A stretch of DNA of 62,000 nucleotides from positions 93,330,001-93,392,000 of the forward strand of contig OX597819.1 of NCBI GenBank assembly GCA_951406725.2, read 5' to 3'. The first letter of the stretch is position 1; every line of letters starts with the position of its first letter. This document shows, piece after piece, positions 40,813-53,886 of this stretch. The position numbers and the translations under genes were made by a program. The notes beneath the pieces were generated by a model. That model had not been told where the DNA came from, ran no database searches, and saw only the letters and a program-made list of their open reading frames with translations. Source of the DNA: Octopus vulgaris. Taxonomy: Eukaryota.

Positions 40813-41686
40813 TACAAAATATAAAGTTATATCTTGAGATCGTTAGTGACAACAACGCTCAACATATATAACAGACTGGAAGAGTAGTGCTCAAATGAGC
40901 TGTATACACTTTTTAATTCGAGGGGAGGCAATGCGAGCAGCAACTACAAGAGCACTACAAAATCCACAGAAAGATAAAACACATATATGTATTCATTTAT
41001 ATCTACAGAACAGATATAAAGCCCGACGTTTAGAAATATATAGTAATATATAAATGTATAAACATCATATAAAAATATATTGTACGCATAAGATCCCCTC
41101 GACGTTCCATAAGAAATTTAGAAATAAAAATAGCAATAAAAGTTAGAGGTAATAATAACAATTGAATTAAATATAGTAAATATAGTAAGTAGTAATTAAA
41201 ATAAAACTAAAGTATGGTAATTAAATCATAATATAACAATTAAAAGAAAAAATAGCAATTAGTATAAAATGTATCAAGGACTTGAACTCGAATATGTGGC
41301 TTTGCATGAATTGGAGAAATTAACATAAAAAATTTAATTGAGTGCAGAAGTGAATTAGTCCAGATGGAGCTGTGCGCAATACCATTTACTATAGCTGCTA
41401 GATTGAATTATATACTTATAAAGTAGCATTCAGTATCTATAAGAATTTTTGGGAGTACGTAACGTCTGGTCTTTCGCATGTAGCAGTTATGTAATTGTCC
41501 ATTTGTTTCCGTGTACTATGCGTTGTGTGTAAAATACATCCTGACGAGGGGGGTGTCAATTTTAAATATATGATATGTTTCATATTAATTGGCGCATCTC
41601 CGAAACGGCCTGAAGATGAACTTTTATGTATTTTTGTAAATTTGTATGTTTATCTTCTATGTATTTTTCTCTGGAATTTTAATTCG

Positions 41687-41721
41687 CATTATGAACCCGG
41701 CAAAACCGGGTCATAATGCTA

Positions 41722-41723
<2 letters not shown>
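41687..41723 (+). mobile_element. Helitron 3' terminus (hairpin plus CTAG|T)
   Basis: CATTATGAACCCGG-CAAAA-CCGGGTCATAATG-CTAG-T followed by (TA)n. Confidence 0.55.
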
Positions 41724-41779
<56 letters not shown>

Positions 41780-41788
41780 TACATACAT

Positions 41789-41837
<49 letters not shown>

Positions 41838-43423
41838 CAATCTTGATCAACTTTCTTCTAGTACATGTTGGTGTTCATCAGTTTTTTTGCCGTTCCTCTC
41901 TTGTTCACAGCCAAAATATTAAGTTTAGTGCTGAGATTTTCTAGCAAGAGTCAGCTGGTTTAATACAAATTTCCATCTCGTACTTGCATATTGTACATAC
42001 ATCTCATTATACACGCTGGGTTTCGTTTTGCTTGTTATATCTATTTTCTTTTTGTTTGTTTTTTTTAATGGTGTCGTGCTATGCTATTAAGCGCAGATCC
42101 AGAAACCTCCATACCTCGTTAGTGCTTTCAAGTTTTATTTCCATCCGTATTTGTTTTCTATTTATGTTTTGTAAAGCACTCCAATTTTACCAACATAATT
42201 AGTTTACGATATAATTGAAAAACAACTTATGCGCGATCGCGTTAACTGCTAGAAGTAGCGAGCAAATCTGCTATAAATTAAAGGTACTGCTTTATAAAAG
42301 ATACGTTACATTATATAGTTCTAGAGTCACAATACCGAAAAAATTACAGGACAGTTGCGGTCGGATTGTCTTTGATCAGAGCTCAGTTTGATTGATCAAG
42401 ACTGACCTGAAACTGAACAACAACACCAGCAAGAGCAACAGCTGGAGGCGCAATGGCCCAGTGGTAAGGGCAGCGGACTCGCGGTCGGAGGATCGCGGTT
42501 TCGATTCCCAGACGTGTGTGTTTATTGAGCGAAAACACCTTAAGCTCCACGAGGCTCCGGAAGGGGTGGTGGCGACCCCTGTTGTACTCTTTCGCTCCAA
42601 CTTTCTCTCACTTTTTCTTCCTGTTTCTTCCTGTTTCTTGTCTGGGGTTGACCTGCTTTCTCTTCTGGGGGTCTTACGAATAGCAAAAGACCACGTTTTG
42701 GACTTCTACCATTAGGGACGAAGACCGCTTCGCTCAACAAACAAACAAGCAGCAGCAACACATTAATTCCTTTATGCATTGGTTCCCGTTCAAGTTTGAA
42801 CGACGTCGACATTCATCTTTCGTTATGGCAGGGTTTAGATCATTTAAATGCGTGCCAACCAGTAACTAGGCTTTAGTTACACCTTAAACGTTGGAATAGC
42901 TGAGTGGTTAAGAAGCTCATTTTTCAACCATGCGGTTTCAGGTTCAGTCCTGCTGAGTAAATTTTTGGATAAAAGTTTTTGCTGTAGCCCCTGACCGGAC
43001 AGTGTCTTGTGAGTGAATTTGGTTAACGGAAACTGGTTTACGAAGACCATCTTGTGCATATATATTTATATGTATATATGTGTGTGTCTATCTGTCTTTG
43101 TGTTTGTTTGCCAATGCCCCAGCACCACTTGACAACTGCTGTTGGTTTGTTTACGTCCACGCATGAAACCGACTGATGCAATAAGTACCAGGCTCAAAAT
43201 AGGGTAACTCATCCCACCACCCTGCTCCCTCGCACTGTTGTCACTATACCCCCCAATCGCCCCCTCTCCACTGCCGAGCGCTCTCTCCTCAGTAGGGGAC
43301 TCCGCTTCACGCCTCTCACGCGTCACTGCGACGAATTTGAAGCTTTCAAAATGTGACCGCGTGTGTACCGTTGGCAATTTTTTTTCCTCCGTCTTCCCTT
43401 CTCTGGATCTTCCCTTTTCCTAT

Positions 43424-43458
43424 GTTTCTGACGAAGAGCTCCGCTCGAAACGTAAAAC
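43424..43458 (+). ncRNA. Minimal hammerhead-like motif (ACGT palindrome, GUA triplet) in a PLE-type terminal remnant
   Basis: GTTT-CTGACGA-A-GAGC(TCC)GCTC-GAA-ACGT-A-AAAC, with 4-bp stem I and stem II. A PLE-like tail follows and ends in (TA)n at ~43560. Confidence 0.6.
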
Positions 43459-43949
43459 CCTCCTTCTTCCCTTCCTGAGCGTCCAGTAATACTATATTTG
43501 TTCCACGTCCTCGCGTTGTGTTTTCTCTTGGTGTTTTCATGTTTGGATTAACTTTATATATATATATATATATATAAATATATATACGTATATACGTATG
43601 TGTGTGTATATATATATATATAAACATGTATGTATTTGTGTGTGTGTGTGTGGGAAGGCGCATGGCTTAGTGGTTAGGGGGGTTGCACTGACATTTGCGA
43701 GATTGTGGATTTGATTTCCAGACTAGGTGTTGCGTTATATTCTTGCGCAAAGTACTTCCTTTCACGTTGCTCTGCGATCATTTCGTCATCTGACACGTGG
43801 CACACAGTGCACCTGTACAGGTAATGTTGATTTGGTGGAGGGTGTGAGCTTATGTGTACACAAACATTTGATCTTGATAAACAAAAAATCTGTGTGGTTC
43901 TTTAGTAAGACATTCTTCAACCCTCATACATCGTCTAACGACGGGAGAG

Positions 43950-43988
<39 letters not shown>

Positions 43989-44232
43989 ATATGTACGCAT
44001 AACTATATATATATGTATATATGTACGCATAACTATATATATGCATACACATGTATGTATGTACGCATGAATGCATACATGTATAAGTATCAGCGTGTGT
44101 GTATGAATATATATATATGTACGCATAAATAAATATATATATATATATACATGCATATGTATGTATGTACGCATGAATGCATACATGTATATGTATCAGC
44201 GTGTGTGTATGAATATATATATATGTGTACGC

Positions 44233-44269
<37 letters not shown>

Positions 44270-44327
44270 CACATGTATGTATGTACGCATGAATGCATAC
44301 ATGTATATGTATCAGCGTGTGTGTATG

Positions 44328-44391
<64 letters not shown>

Positions 44392-44706
44392 GCATATAGA
44401 TATATACACACACAAATTCACATACATGTGTGTACATCATAATGCACATGCATACTTCTGTATATACATTATGAGCTCCCTATTTTAAAGCCAGTAATGT
44501 ATAATTTCAAATTTCCAGATTTACTTGTTATTCTTTGCAAGTTGAGTGACCGCGTTGAACACTGGTGGGTGGAAAGAGAATCCTCGCCTGCGGCTCAATT
44601 TTGAAACCGTCCTCTGTTGATATCCTTAATTGTAAAATAGATACCGTTTATGCCTTAAGACGAAAACATTCATTTAATATAAACACTGTACAAATTTCAT
44701 CATCGT

Positions 44707-45600
44707 GGCGGTGAGTAGACAGAATCGTTACCACGTCGGATAAATGCTAAACGGCATTTCTCCCTATCTTGCGTTCTAAGTTCTCATTCCACCGAGGTCG
44801 ACTTTGCCTTTTATCTTGTCAGGATCGATAAAATAAGTACCGGTTGAGCGCTGGGGGGTTAATGTAATCGACTTATCCTTCCCCTTTGACATTGCTGGTC
44901 TAGTGCCAAATTTTAAAATCATTAATTAAATAATTGAATTACAAGCACGTAGAGTGATTCGAATTGAATATTGCTAATGGTATTATTTACCAGTCATAAA
45001 GCGGTGAGCTTTCAAAATCGTTAGCGGCATTTCGTCCGTCGTTACGTTCGGAGTTCAAATTCCGCCGAGGTCGACTTTGCCTTTCATTCTTTTGGGGTCG
45101 ATAAATTAAGTACCTATGAAACACTGAGGTTGATGTAGTCGACTAGTCCCCTCCCCGCCTCACCCAAATGTCAGGCCTTTAGTAGAAAGGATTAGTTAGC
45201 AGTCATAAGGCGGTGAGTTGGCAGACTCGTTAGCACTTCGAGCAAAATGCTTAGCGGCATTTCGTCCGCCGTTACGTTTTGAGTTCAAATACTCAGGAGG
45301 TTGACTTTGACTTTTATCCTTTCAGGATCGATAAAATAAGTACACTTTGAACACTGGCGACGATGTAATCGACTAATCCTCTTGTCCAAAATTTCAGGCC
45401 TTTTTACCTAGAGCAGAAAGGATTATTTACCAGTCTTATAAGGAATCAGTTGGCCGAGTTGTCTGAGTGTCGAAAAAAAGAGAATTGTTTTGTAGTATTT
45501 CTTCCGGAACTTTATAATCTGAGGTTCGAATTTCGCCGAGGTTAGCTTTGCTTTTTACCCAACTGGAAGATGAAAATCAGTACCAGTCACGTACTGGACA
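44707..45600 (+). repeat. Head-to-tail array of four family B SINE copies
   Basis: GGCGGTGAG heads near 44707, 45000 and 45209, plus a decayed copy at ~45441. Each contains a CCGAGGTCGACTTTGCCTTT-like core, with a recurring linker ATTATTTACCAGTCATAA. Confidence 0.8.
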
Positions 45601-45653
45601 ATTTTGTGTAAATCAGAACATTATTATTAATCAAGGACTCGGAATCATTTTCC

Positions 45654-45696
<43 letters not shown>

Positions 45697-46714
45697 GAAA
45701 GATAGACAAATAAATGGATATAAACAGAAAAAAATCAAAATCAACTAATTCTCGCCTGATTATTATTCAAATGCTGATGCCAACCGGTTCGAAGCCTAAG
45801 TAAAACAAGAAACAAGTGTGGCATTGAACTCAGTGCTAGCAATCTCTTCTCATTAAAAAACAAAAACAACAGCTTGCTACATAAGCTGCCCAAATAAACC
45901 AAACACCTCTGTATCCTAATGGCAGGAGACGGTCTAAGGGCTATAAGCATTAAAGCCTCTGGCAGTCTCCAGTGTCTCCGAGAATTTGCAAAATGTACAG
46001 TGCGAACAGCATAATAATATAGTCAGTAACGTGATGATAAAAATGAAGATTATATTATGACGGAGACATTAATATCTTCATCAATATTCAAGTGGCTTTC
46101 TTCGTAAGTCGTCTGAATCGGTAACGGCGTAATGAATATAAACAGACACAAACAGAAAGAAGCATCAGTGAGATTAAGACGACGGCTCTTATATAGTTGT
46201 TTCTCAAGCTAGAAATACCAGCCAAAATTCTCCCCCAGTTGTGTCCTCTACAATCTTAATAAGTGAGTGATAGATACTGAATGCTCAAGACAATGATGGC
46301 TCAAGACAATGATGAATGATATAACGCTTTTGAGCAGAGACCTGTTTTCTCAGCAACAAGAGCATGCTTTCCATTTGTTTTCTAACGTAGACAACGAATA
46401 ACAGATTTCCAGACAGAACTGTGTAACTGATTAAATCAAACTCATTGCGTGATTTCTTTGTTTTGTCGAATCTCGGACAACAACAAAAAAAGAATAATAA
46501 GTCAGCCCTGGCAGGATTTGAACTCAAAAAGTAACTTCCATTTTTTCTGCGCTCTCGAGTTACAAAAAGGCTCCTTCTGACTTCCGTGCCAAGCGCCGTG
46601 TGGGTGTCATGAAGTTTTGAGAGAGAACAACATAGCGGTTACTTGTTACCAACCTAAGAGTAATTTTGTGTAAAATACTATCGAACTGATACAATAAGGA
46701 CAAGAATGGTTTTA

Positions 46715-47420
46715 GAGCTAACGCAATTAGAAAGATGAAAGTAACGCAAAGTCGACCTCGGTGGAATTTGAACTCAAAACGAAAAGCCGAAAGAAAGACA
46801 TGCCGTTAAGTATTTTGTCCGACGTGCTGACGATTCGGCTTATTCAACTAATAATAATGATTTCAAATTTTGGCACAAGGACAGCAATTTTGGGTGAAGA
46901 GATAAGTCGATCAGATCGACCCCACTTCTTGACTGGTACTTATTTTGTCGATTTAATGCTAACGATTTTGCCAGCTCACTGCTTTATTCAATTAATAATG
47001 ATGATATCTAACAAGGATGCATAATCACATTTTGATGGGAAGGACACTGTCAATTACATAGGACTTAGTATTTGATTAGTACTTTAATTTATCGACCCAA
47101 GAAAGATAAAAGGCAAAGATGACGTCGGTAGGTCTCGAACTCAAAGCGTTAATGAAACGATTCTGCCGATCTGCCGCCTCCTCCATCTTTCGAAATGTTG
47201 CTTTCACGCACAGATACAAGATCTCAGATCTGAGAGAAGGGATACAGTCGATTATATCAACCAACTACTGGATGGTTCTTTATTATATCAACCCTGAGAG
47301 GGTAAAATCAAAGCTGACTTCGATGAAACTTGAACTTAAAATGTAAGGAGATTTTTATTTTTATTTTATTTAATTTATTTTTTTTTTTTGTCCTACCCTT
47401 AAACGATTCTGCCAATCCTA
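46715..47420 (-). repeat. Cluster of three to four family B SINE fragments on the minus strand
   Basis: Repeated AAAGTCGACCTCGGTGGAATTTGAACTC / GGTACTTATTTTGTCG / CTGCCAGCTCACTGC motifs. Confidence 0.75.
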
Positions 47421-49100
47421 CCCAACACTCTTCTGAAGTATCAAAACCTTAGCGCTATTATCCCACCTCCGCCACTTAACACTGCCTCTATCACTAAGAT
47501 ATATTTTAAAATAAAATCTTAGCATATCACTGTGGATAAAAGGAAAACCTCATGCATGGTCCATTCATGCTCACCCTGCCTTTTAAGGTAAACAGACCAG
47601 TCATGGAAATGAAGAGATATGCAGGAGTGGAGGTGTTACCTCACTTTTCAGCAAAGGGAGAGGTTCTTATAGCGTCTATACCCCCTTCCTTCCTAACTTC
47701 AGTCTCACAGATCATAATACAAGCCCATTTTATTTTCCAAAACCCATTTCATTTTCATCATAGAATCAGACATAAAGGCTAATACAAAATTCCCTAGATC
47801 CTGAATAAATACTAACAGCTTAAAAATACAGGCAGAGAGCTGTTATGTCGTCGACGTCGTCGTCGTCGTTCAAGCTGCTAGAAATAACTAACAAACGATC
47901 CTCAAATGACAACTGTTTGCACACTCTTCACTTTCTACGGCAGTGGACTATATACTGAAAATACGAATGGCTGCGTAACTTCTAAATTGAATTCAACTAA
48001 TTAAACGGTAACACCTTGAAATCCAAGCAAGGATTACAAATTAAAGGATTGTGCTTCCGATCTTACTCATTATCTATGCAAAAAGAAAACAGAAGGAACT
48101 GGGCCACGTGGTAAGAATGGCATCTCAAAGATTTATTTCAGCAGACACTCCCCACTGAAAGAATATGTACTAATGTAAAGATAAATGTCAAGAAGACACG
48201 GGGTGGCCAGCTCTGGGTGATGTGATCTGATCTCAGTTACACAAGTAGGTAGCAGGGTTAGACTAAGACAACGCCTTGGGGGAAGGTACTCGTAATGAAT
48301 GAGGTGTGTGATATTCAGCGGTGTTTTAACCTGATACACACTGGGTGTTCCAGCGAGACAATATGAATGAATAATATACATGCCAAACGCACTGACAATC
48401 CTCATACACAAATATGTGTATGTGTATGTAGATATGTGTGCGTATATACATATATATGTGTGCGTATATGTATATATATATGTGTCTGTGTGTGTGTGTG
48501 TAAATATGTGTGTGTGTGTGTGTGTAAATATATGTGTGTATATATATATATTTATATGCATATATTTATATGCATATATTCGTATATATATTTATGCATA
48601 TATGCATACGTATATATATCTGTGTGTATGTATGTATATATGCATATATATATGTATGTATGTATGTATATATGCATATATATATGTATGTATGCATATA
48701 TGCTTATATATATGTATGTATATATGTATGTATGTATGTATATATGCATATATATATGTATGTATGCATATATGCTTATATATATGTATGTATATATGCA
48801 TATATATGTATGTATGCATGTATGCATATATGCTTATGTATATATGTATGTATATATGTATGTATATATGTGTGTATATATATATATGTATATATGTATA
48901 TATTTGTATGTATAAATGCATATATATATATATATATATATGCATACATATAAATATATCTGCATATATATGGAAATATGTGTAGTGTATACATACATAT
49001 CTATATACACATACATACGCATATATGTGTATATACATGTCTATTCGTGTATGTTATATATATATATATATATATATATAATGTACACGCAAACACACAC

Positions 49101-49133
<33 letters not shown>

Positions 49134-49165
49134 ATGTACACGCAAACACACACATATATATATAC

Positions 49166-49534
49166 ACTAGCAGTATCGCCCGGCGTTGCTCAAGTTTGTA
49201 AGGGAAATAACTATAAAGCATTTTTAGAGAGTTATAGCCAAAAAATAGCCAAGAAATGGAAAAAAAATTATGGTAAATTTTTTTTGAGAGTTAAAAAAGG
49301 TCGAGTTGCGTCCCCTAGACAGTCTGTGGTTTGTGTTTCTGATTCTCGACCCCATGTCGAATTTATCGATTTTTTTCAGAACTGGTGGAACTTTACAAAA
49401 TTTTCGCTGTGTTTGTTTTGAATTATGACATTGGGCTATGTGTGTGTCAAGTTTCATCAGAATCGGTCGAAAGCAGTGGTCAGGGTGAGGGTACAACCAA
49501 ACAGACACACAGAAACACACACAGACAAACTGCC

Positions 49535-49560
<26 letters not shown>
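49166..49560 (-). mobile_element. Non-autonomous Helitron-like element inserted in a TA-rich minisatellite
   Basis: ACTAGCAGTATCGCCCGGCGTTGCT is the reverse complement of a hairpin+CTAG|T Helitron 3' end. The other end has AAGTTTCATCAGAATCGG..ACAGACACACAGA..TTTATATATA, typical of Lep1/HINE-like elements. The same AATGTACACGCAAACACAC repeat lies on both sides. Confidence 0.7.
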
Positions 49561-49569
<9 letters not shown>

Positions 49570-49579
49570 GTACACGCAA

Positions 49580-49630
<51 letters not shown>

Positions 49631-49681
49631 GTACACACAAACACACATATATATATATATATAATGTACACGCAAACACAC

Positions 49682-49724
<43 letters not shown>

Positions 49725-50330
49725 GTACACGCAAACACACACACACATATGTATATATATATATATATATTGTGTGCACATACACACACACACACGCATA
49801 TATATTTACTTACATATGCAAACGACTTGCTAGAAACAGCAGCCAAATTTCCTTCAAATCACATCTTACTGCTTTAAGAAAAAAACATGTTGCCTAATGT
49901 GGTCATGAGTTCCTTGCACACGTCGGAAATAGATAGGATGGATGGTCACGGCAGGAATGTATTTGATCATAGAACAGCCAGGATCTGGGATTAAACAACA
50001 GCAACAATCAAAAGTGTAACATATGTGTGTGTGTGTGTGTGTGAAAGTGTATGAGTGTGTGTGTTTGTGAATGTATGTCTGTATAATAGGGTGGTGGTAG
50101 TGGTGGTGGTCGCTGTCACCGTTATGACCATGGTTACGATGATGATGGTGACTGTGTCCATTGCGTCAGTCTTCTTTGAAGTATAATTAATTCCACAGTA
50201 ACAGTTAATTCCTGTAATTTGTCGCTGATGACAGAGAACACCGTAAGGATGAGACCAGACTCTGCATAGTAATAATAATAATAAGAAGAAGAAGAAGAAT
50301 GATAATAGTAAAAATATCAATGATAATAAT

Positions 50331-50706
50331 AATAAGAGCACTCAGAGAGGGCAAACCTCCGCCAAGGCAACACCATCGTCCTCTCAACGATTAGCCGAAG
50401 ATGATTTTTTAAAATGAGAATATCTGAAATAAATTCGACTGCTTTCACAAACGAGAATACTAAAAATTAATCCGACCGCTCTCAAAGATTAAGTAGAAAA
50501 ACAGGAAAAATAATCCAAAATCCTTGTCCGGTATCGAATCGATCCCCAAATCTAATCAGTTCGTGCCAGTCACGAGGCTAAACATCTCTGAAAATTTCAT
50601 CCAAATCCATTCAGCGGTTCTTGAGATATCTTGTCCAAGGGCAAACAGACAAACAAACAAACGCGACTGAAAACAATACCCTTGCCTTCGCTAAGTCGGA
50701 GGTATT
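50331..50706 (+). mobile_element. Helentron/DINE-1-like non-autonomous element
   Basis: Subterminal inverted motifs ACCTCCG (50355) and CGGAGGT (~50697), an internal AAATTTCATCCAAATCCATTCAGCGGTTCTTGAGATAT block, and an ACAGACAAACAAAC microsatellite near the end. Confidence 0.55.
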
Positions 50707-51894
50707 AAGGAAGATGTCCGTATTTGGTTGTGCAGCATTAGCCATGCGGTTAGTTAAGAAGTTTTGTTTTCTCACCTACGCGAATCAGGTTTCAAATCCA
50801 CTTTCAAAAGCTCGTTTTTATCATAGTCTCGAGTCAATTAAAGTCTTGCGAATGAAATTTGGATGGCAGAAATTCTGTGTAAGTTCCTCTGAATGATTGT
50901 TCTTGAGTCGTTACCTGAAAGGGGAAGACGAGGAATTTGATGTTCTCGTACGGGGTTCTACCTTCTCCTATAGGGAAAAGAAATATAATTTCTCAGACGA
51001 AGATTCAGCTCCGAAACATAAACTTATTTAAATTCATGAAATTCAGTATACAGTTTGACATCGATAACCCAAACATGACGGGCGGGGAGCATTTTATTCG
51101 ATAATCCATTGCTCGGATAAATGAGATGATCGTAAAGAAAGTGAAGCTATACGGATCAGAATTTACGTAAAAAGAGAAAATGGTAAAATATATTGAGAGA
51201 TTTTGTCTTTTAGACGATAAAATGTTGTGCTCTCGCGCAATCAGTAGTACCTTTCCACCACGATCCGGTCTCTGTAAAATTCTTATTTTTCTTTTCGATT
51301 CTCAATGGTGATCACTTTCTCTCCACAGACATGGTAAGAGCATCAAACTTGATTACTTGTAACGGATACGTAGTGAGATCAAAGTAGTAGTGCGATGAAT
51401 GCACAACTGATTTTGCCTTACATTTACATCCTTCAGCATGACAGCCATTTTTGTGTTAAAATTGCTTTAAGGACCAACTGAGATCAAATTGGTGGCCTGA
51501 TCGATAACTGTAAACAATTGGTGGCGCTTTGATAACTGTAAACAAAGGAATTGATGACACGACCGTCGCAAGAGTGTCAGTTATACATCTTTGAGGTATC
51601 AGATTTACTTAATAAATTCAATTATTCCAAGTTATTTTTTGCTATTGTAAACAAAAAACGAAGTGCTTGCACCGGTATTACACTCAAGTTGGGTTACAGG
51701 CAATATGGCTGATTAAGTATAAACGGGACTTTGAGATTTTAATCTGAAATTCATATAATTAATATTTGGCTTACCATAGTTATACAGACTAAGTCCATAT
51801 AATTATTGCTGACACTAACAAGTACTAGTTCCTTTGTTTTTATGATTTTTTAAAGTGTAACTTATTCATTATTATATACGATTATAAATATGAT

Positions 51895-52649
51895 AGAAGG
51901 TGCCGAGCTGGCAGAATCCTTCGCAACATTTCGTCCGCTTTTACGTTCTGAGTTCGAATTCCGCCAAAGTTAACTTTGCTTTTTATTCTTTCAGAGTCAA
52001 AAGAATAAGTACCAGTTAAGCACCAGGGTCAATGTAATCAACTAACATTCTTCCCAAAATTTTTCAGACTTTGTGCCTATACTAGGAAGGTTTATACTTA
52101 CAATAGGAGTAAAAGTGGTCGGATGGTTAACAAGTTAGTTTCGCAACCAAGAGACTACAAGTTCAATCTCACTGTATAACATTTTGCGCAAGCATCTTCT
52201 AACATATTCTTAAGTCTACTCAAGTTTTGCGAGTGAACATCTTAGGAAACGGGATATGTTTGGAAGCCCGTCGTATGAGAATGGACTATAGCTATATTTC
52301 AATGAACCAGTCTTTTCACATGTCACACAGTCTTTTCGAGAATTCCACTAAGAGTATCTGCATCTGTAAAATATTCAGCCACTAAAATGTTTAATTTGAT
52401 AAGTAGTTGTTCTTTACAGCGAACAATTGGAACACTCGTCGTCGAATACGACGGGGAATTATTCACATAGACAATTATTCACTATACAAAATTAATAAAC
52501 GAACATTGAAATATTAGTCTTATTTTTCTCTATCTTGTGATGCATGTGATTGGTGTACCTTTATCAGGCGAGCAGTCGTGATGGGTATAATGGGCTTCAT
52601 ATATTTGTTCCCTAGTGTCACTTTGATGGCATGCACGACTCCCTTACTC

Positions 52650-52683
<34 letters not shown>

Positions 52684-53853
52684 TCACATTTCTTCTCAAA
52701 TTTGTGGAGAGGGGTCTAGTTGATTGCATCGACTCCGTTGTTTCACTGGTACTTAATTTATTGACCCCGAAAGGATGAAAGGTAAAGTCGATCTCTGCGG
52801 AATTTGAACTCAGAATGTAGCGATGGACGGAATACCGCTAAGCATTTCGTCCACAGTGCTTATGATTCTGCCAGCTCGCCGCCTGAATAATAATAATAAT
52901 GATGACGATGATGATGATGAAGGACTCTATCGGCGATGACGTATGCGTGTTCAGCTTTTGCTGAAGACCTGCACAAATTATTTGTTTATGGTGATCAAAT
53001 GTACAGGTTGCACATTAGCTTACTCCGTCCATCAAATCGACGCTGCTGGAACAGGTACACGGTGCGTCACGGATGGATCAGGTGTCGAAGTGATCGCAGA
53101 GCAACGCGAGATGAAATGTTTTGGTCAAGAACACAACGCACCAGCTGATCCAAGAAACGAAACCACGATCTCGTTATCGTGAGTACAACTCCCTAACCGC
53201 TAAATGGATATAAAGACACAAATTTTTATCGGGAGATGTTAGTCAATTAAAATCAGTCACCAGTACTTAACTGATATTTTATTTTATCGGCTCCAGAGAA
53301 ATGAAAGCAAGGTTGACCTCAACAAAGATTGAATTCGGACGGTAAAAGAGCATCACTAAACACTGAAAGTCATTTAGTCCGACGCTTTACCAATTCAACC
53401 ATCTACTATTTCCTTTGACACATGCACACATACAAGATACTTATAAAGGAATTTGTATGCTTGAGTAAGTTGACTCACAGCGGACACTTATTTTATCGAT
53501 CATAGAAAGCCAAAAGACAACCTCTCTTTAGATTCGAACGTAGACCCTTAAAGTACGTTCTTAAATACCACAAGTCATTTTGTCTAGAGTTCTACTGATT
53601 TTGCCACCCACCGCATCGTTTATGTCAGTGTAGAGTAAATTATATCTTCAATTTTAATATAACCTTGGTTGTTCTTTGAAAAGATAATGACGACGATGAT
53701 GATGACGACTGATAACTTTATTTATTCCTCTCGCCAGTCTCGGGTGTCCTCGAAGATGCTGTAATTGCTACTGTTATTACTCTGACTTAGCTATGAAAAA
53801 AAGATTACGATAAAAGAAAAAATAGTTAAACACACACAAGCATACACATACAC

Positions 53854-53886
<33 letters not shown>

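Noticed and set aside
44620-44645. ATATCCTTAAT as a second U12 donor or a branch site with a nearby AC
   Set aside because: The following frame (VYALRRKHSF) has no resemblance to Cav3 IS1, and no upstream exon is evident.
48195-48290. Weak 5S rRNA resemblance (GATCTGATCTC..AGCAGGGT)
   Set aside because: Only two short blocks match, with wrong spacing and no 5S fold.
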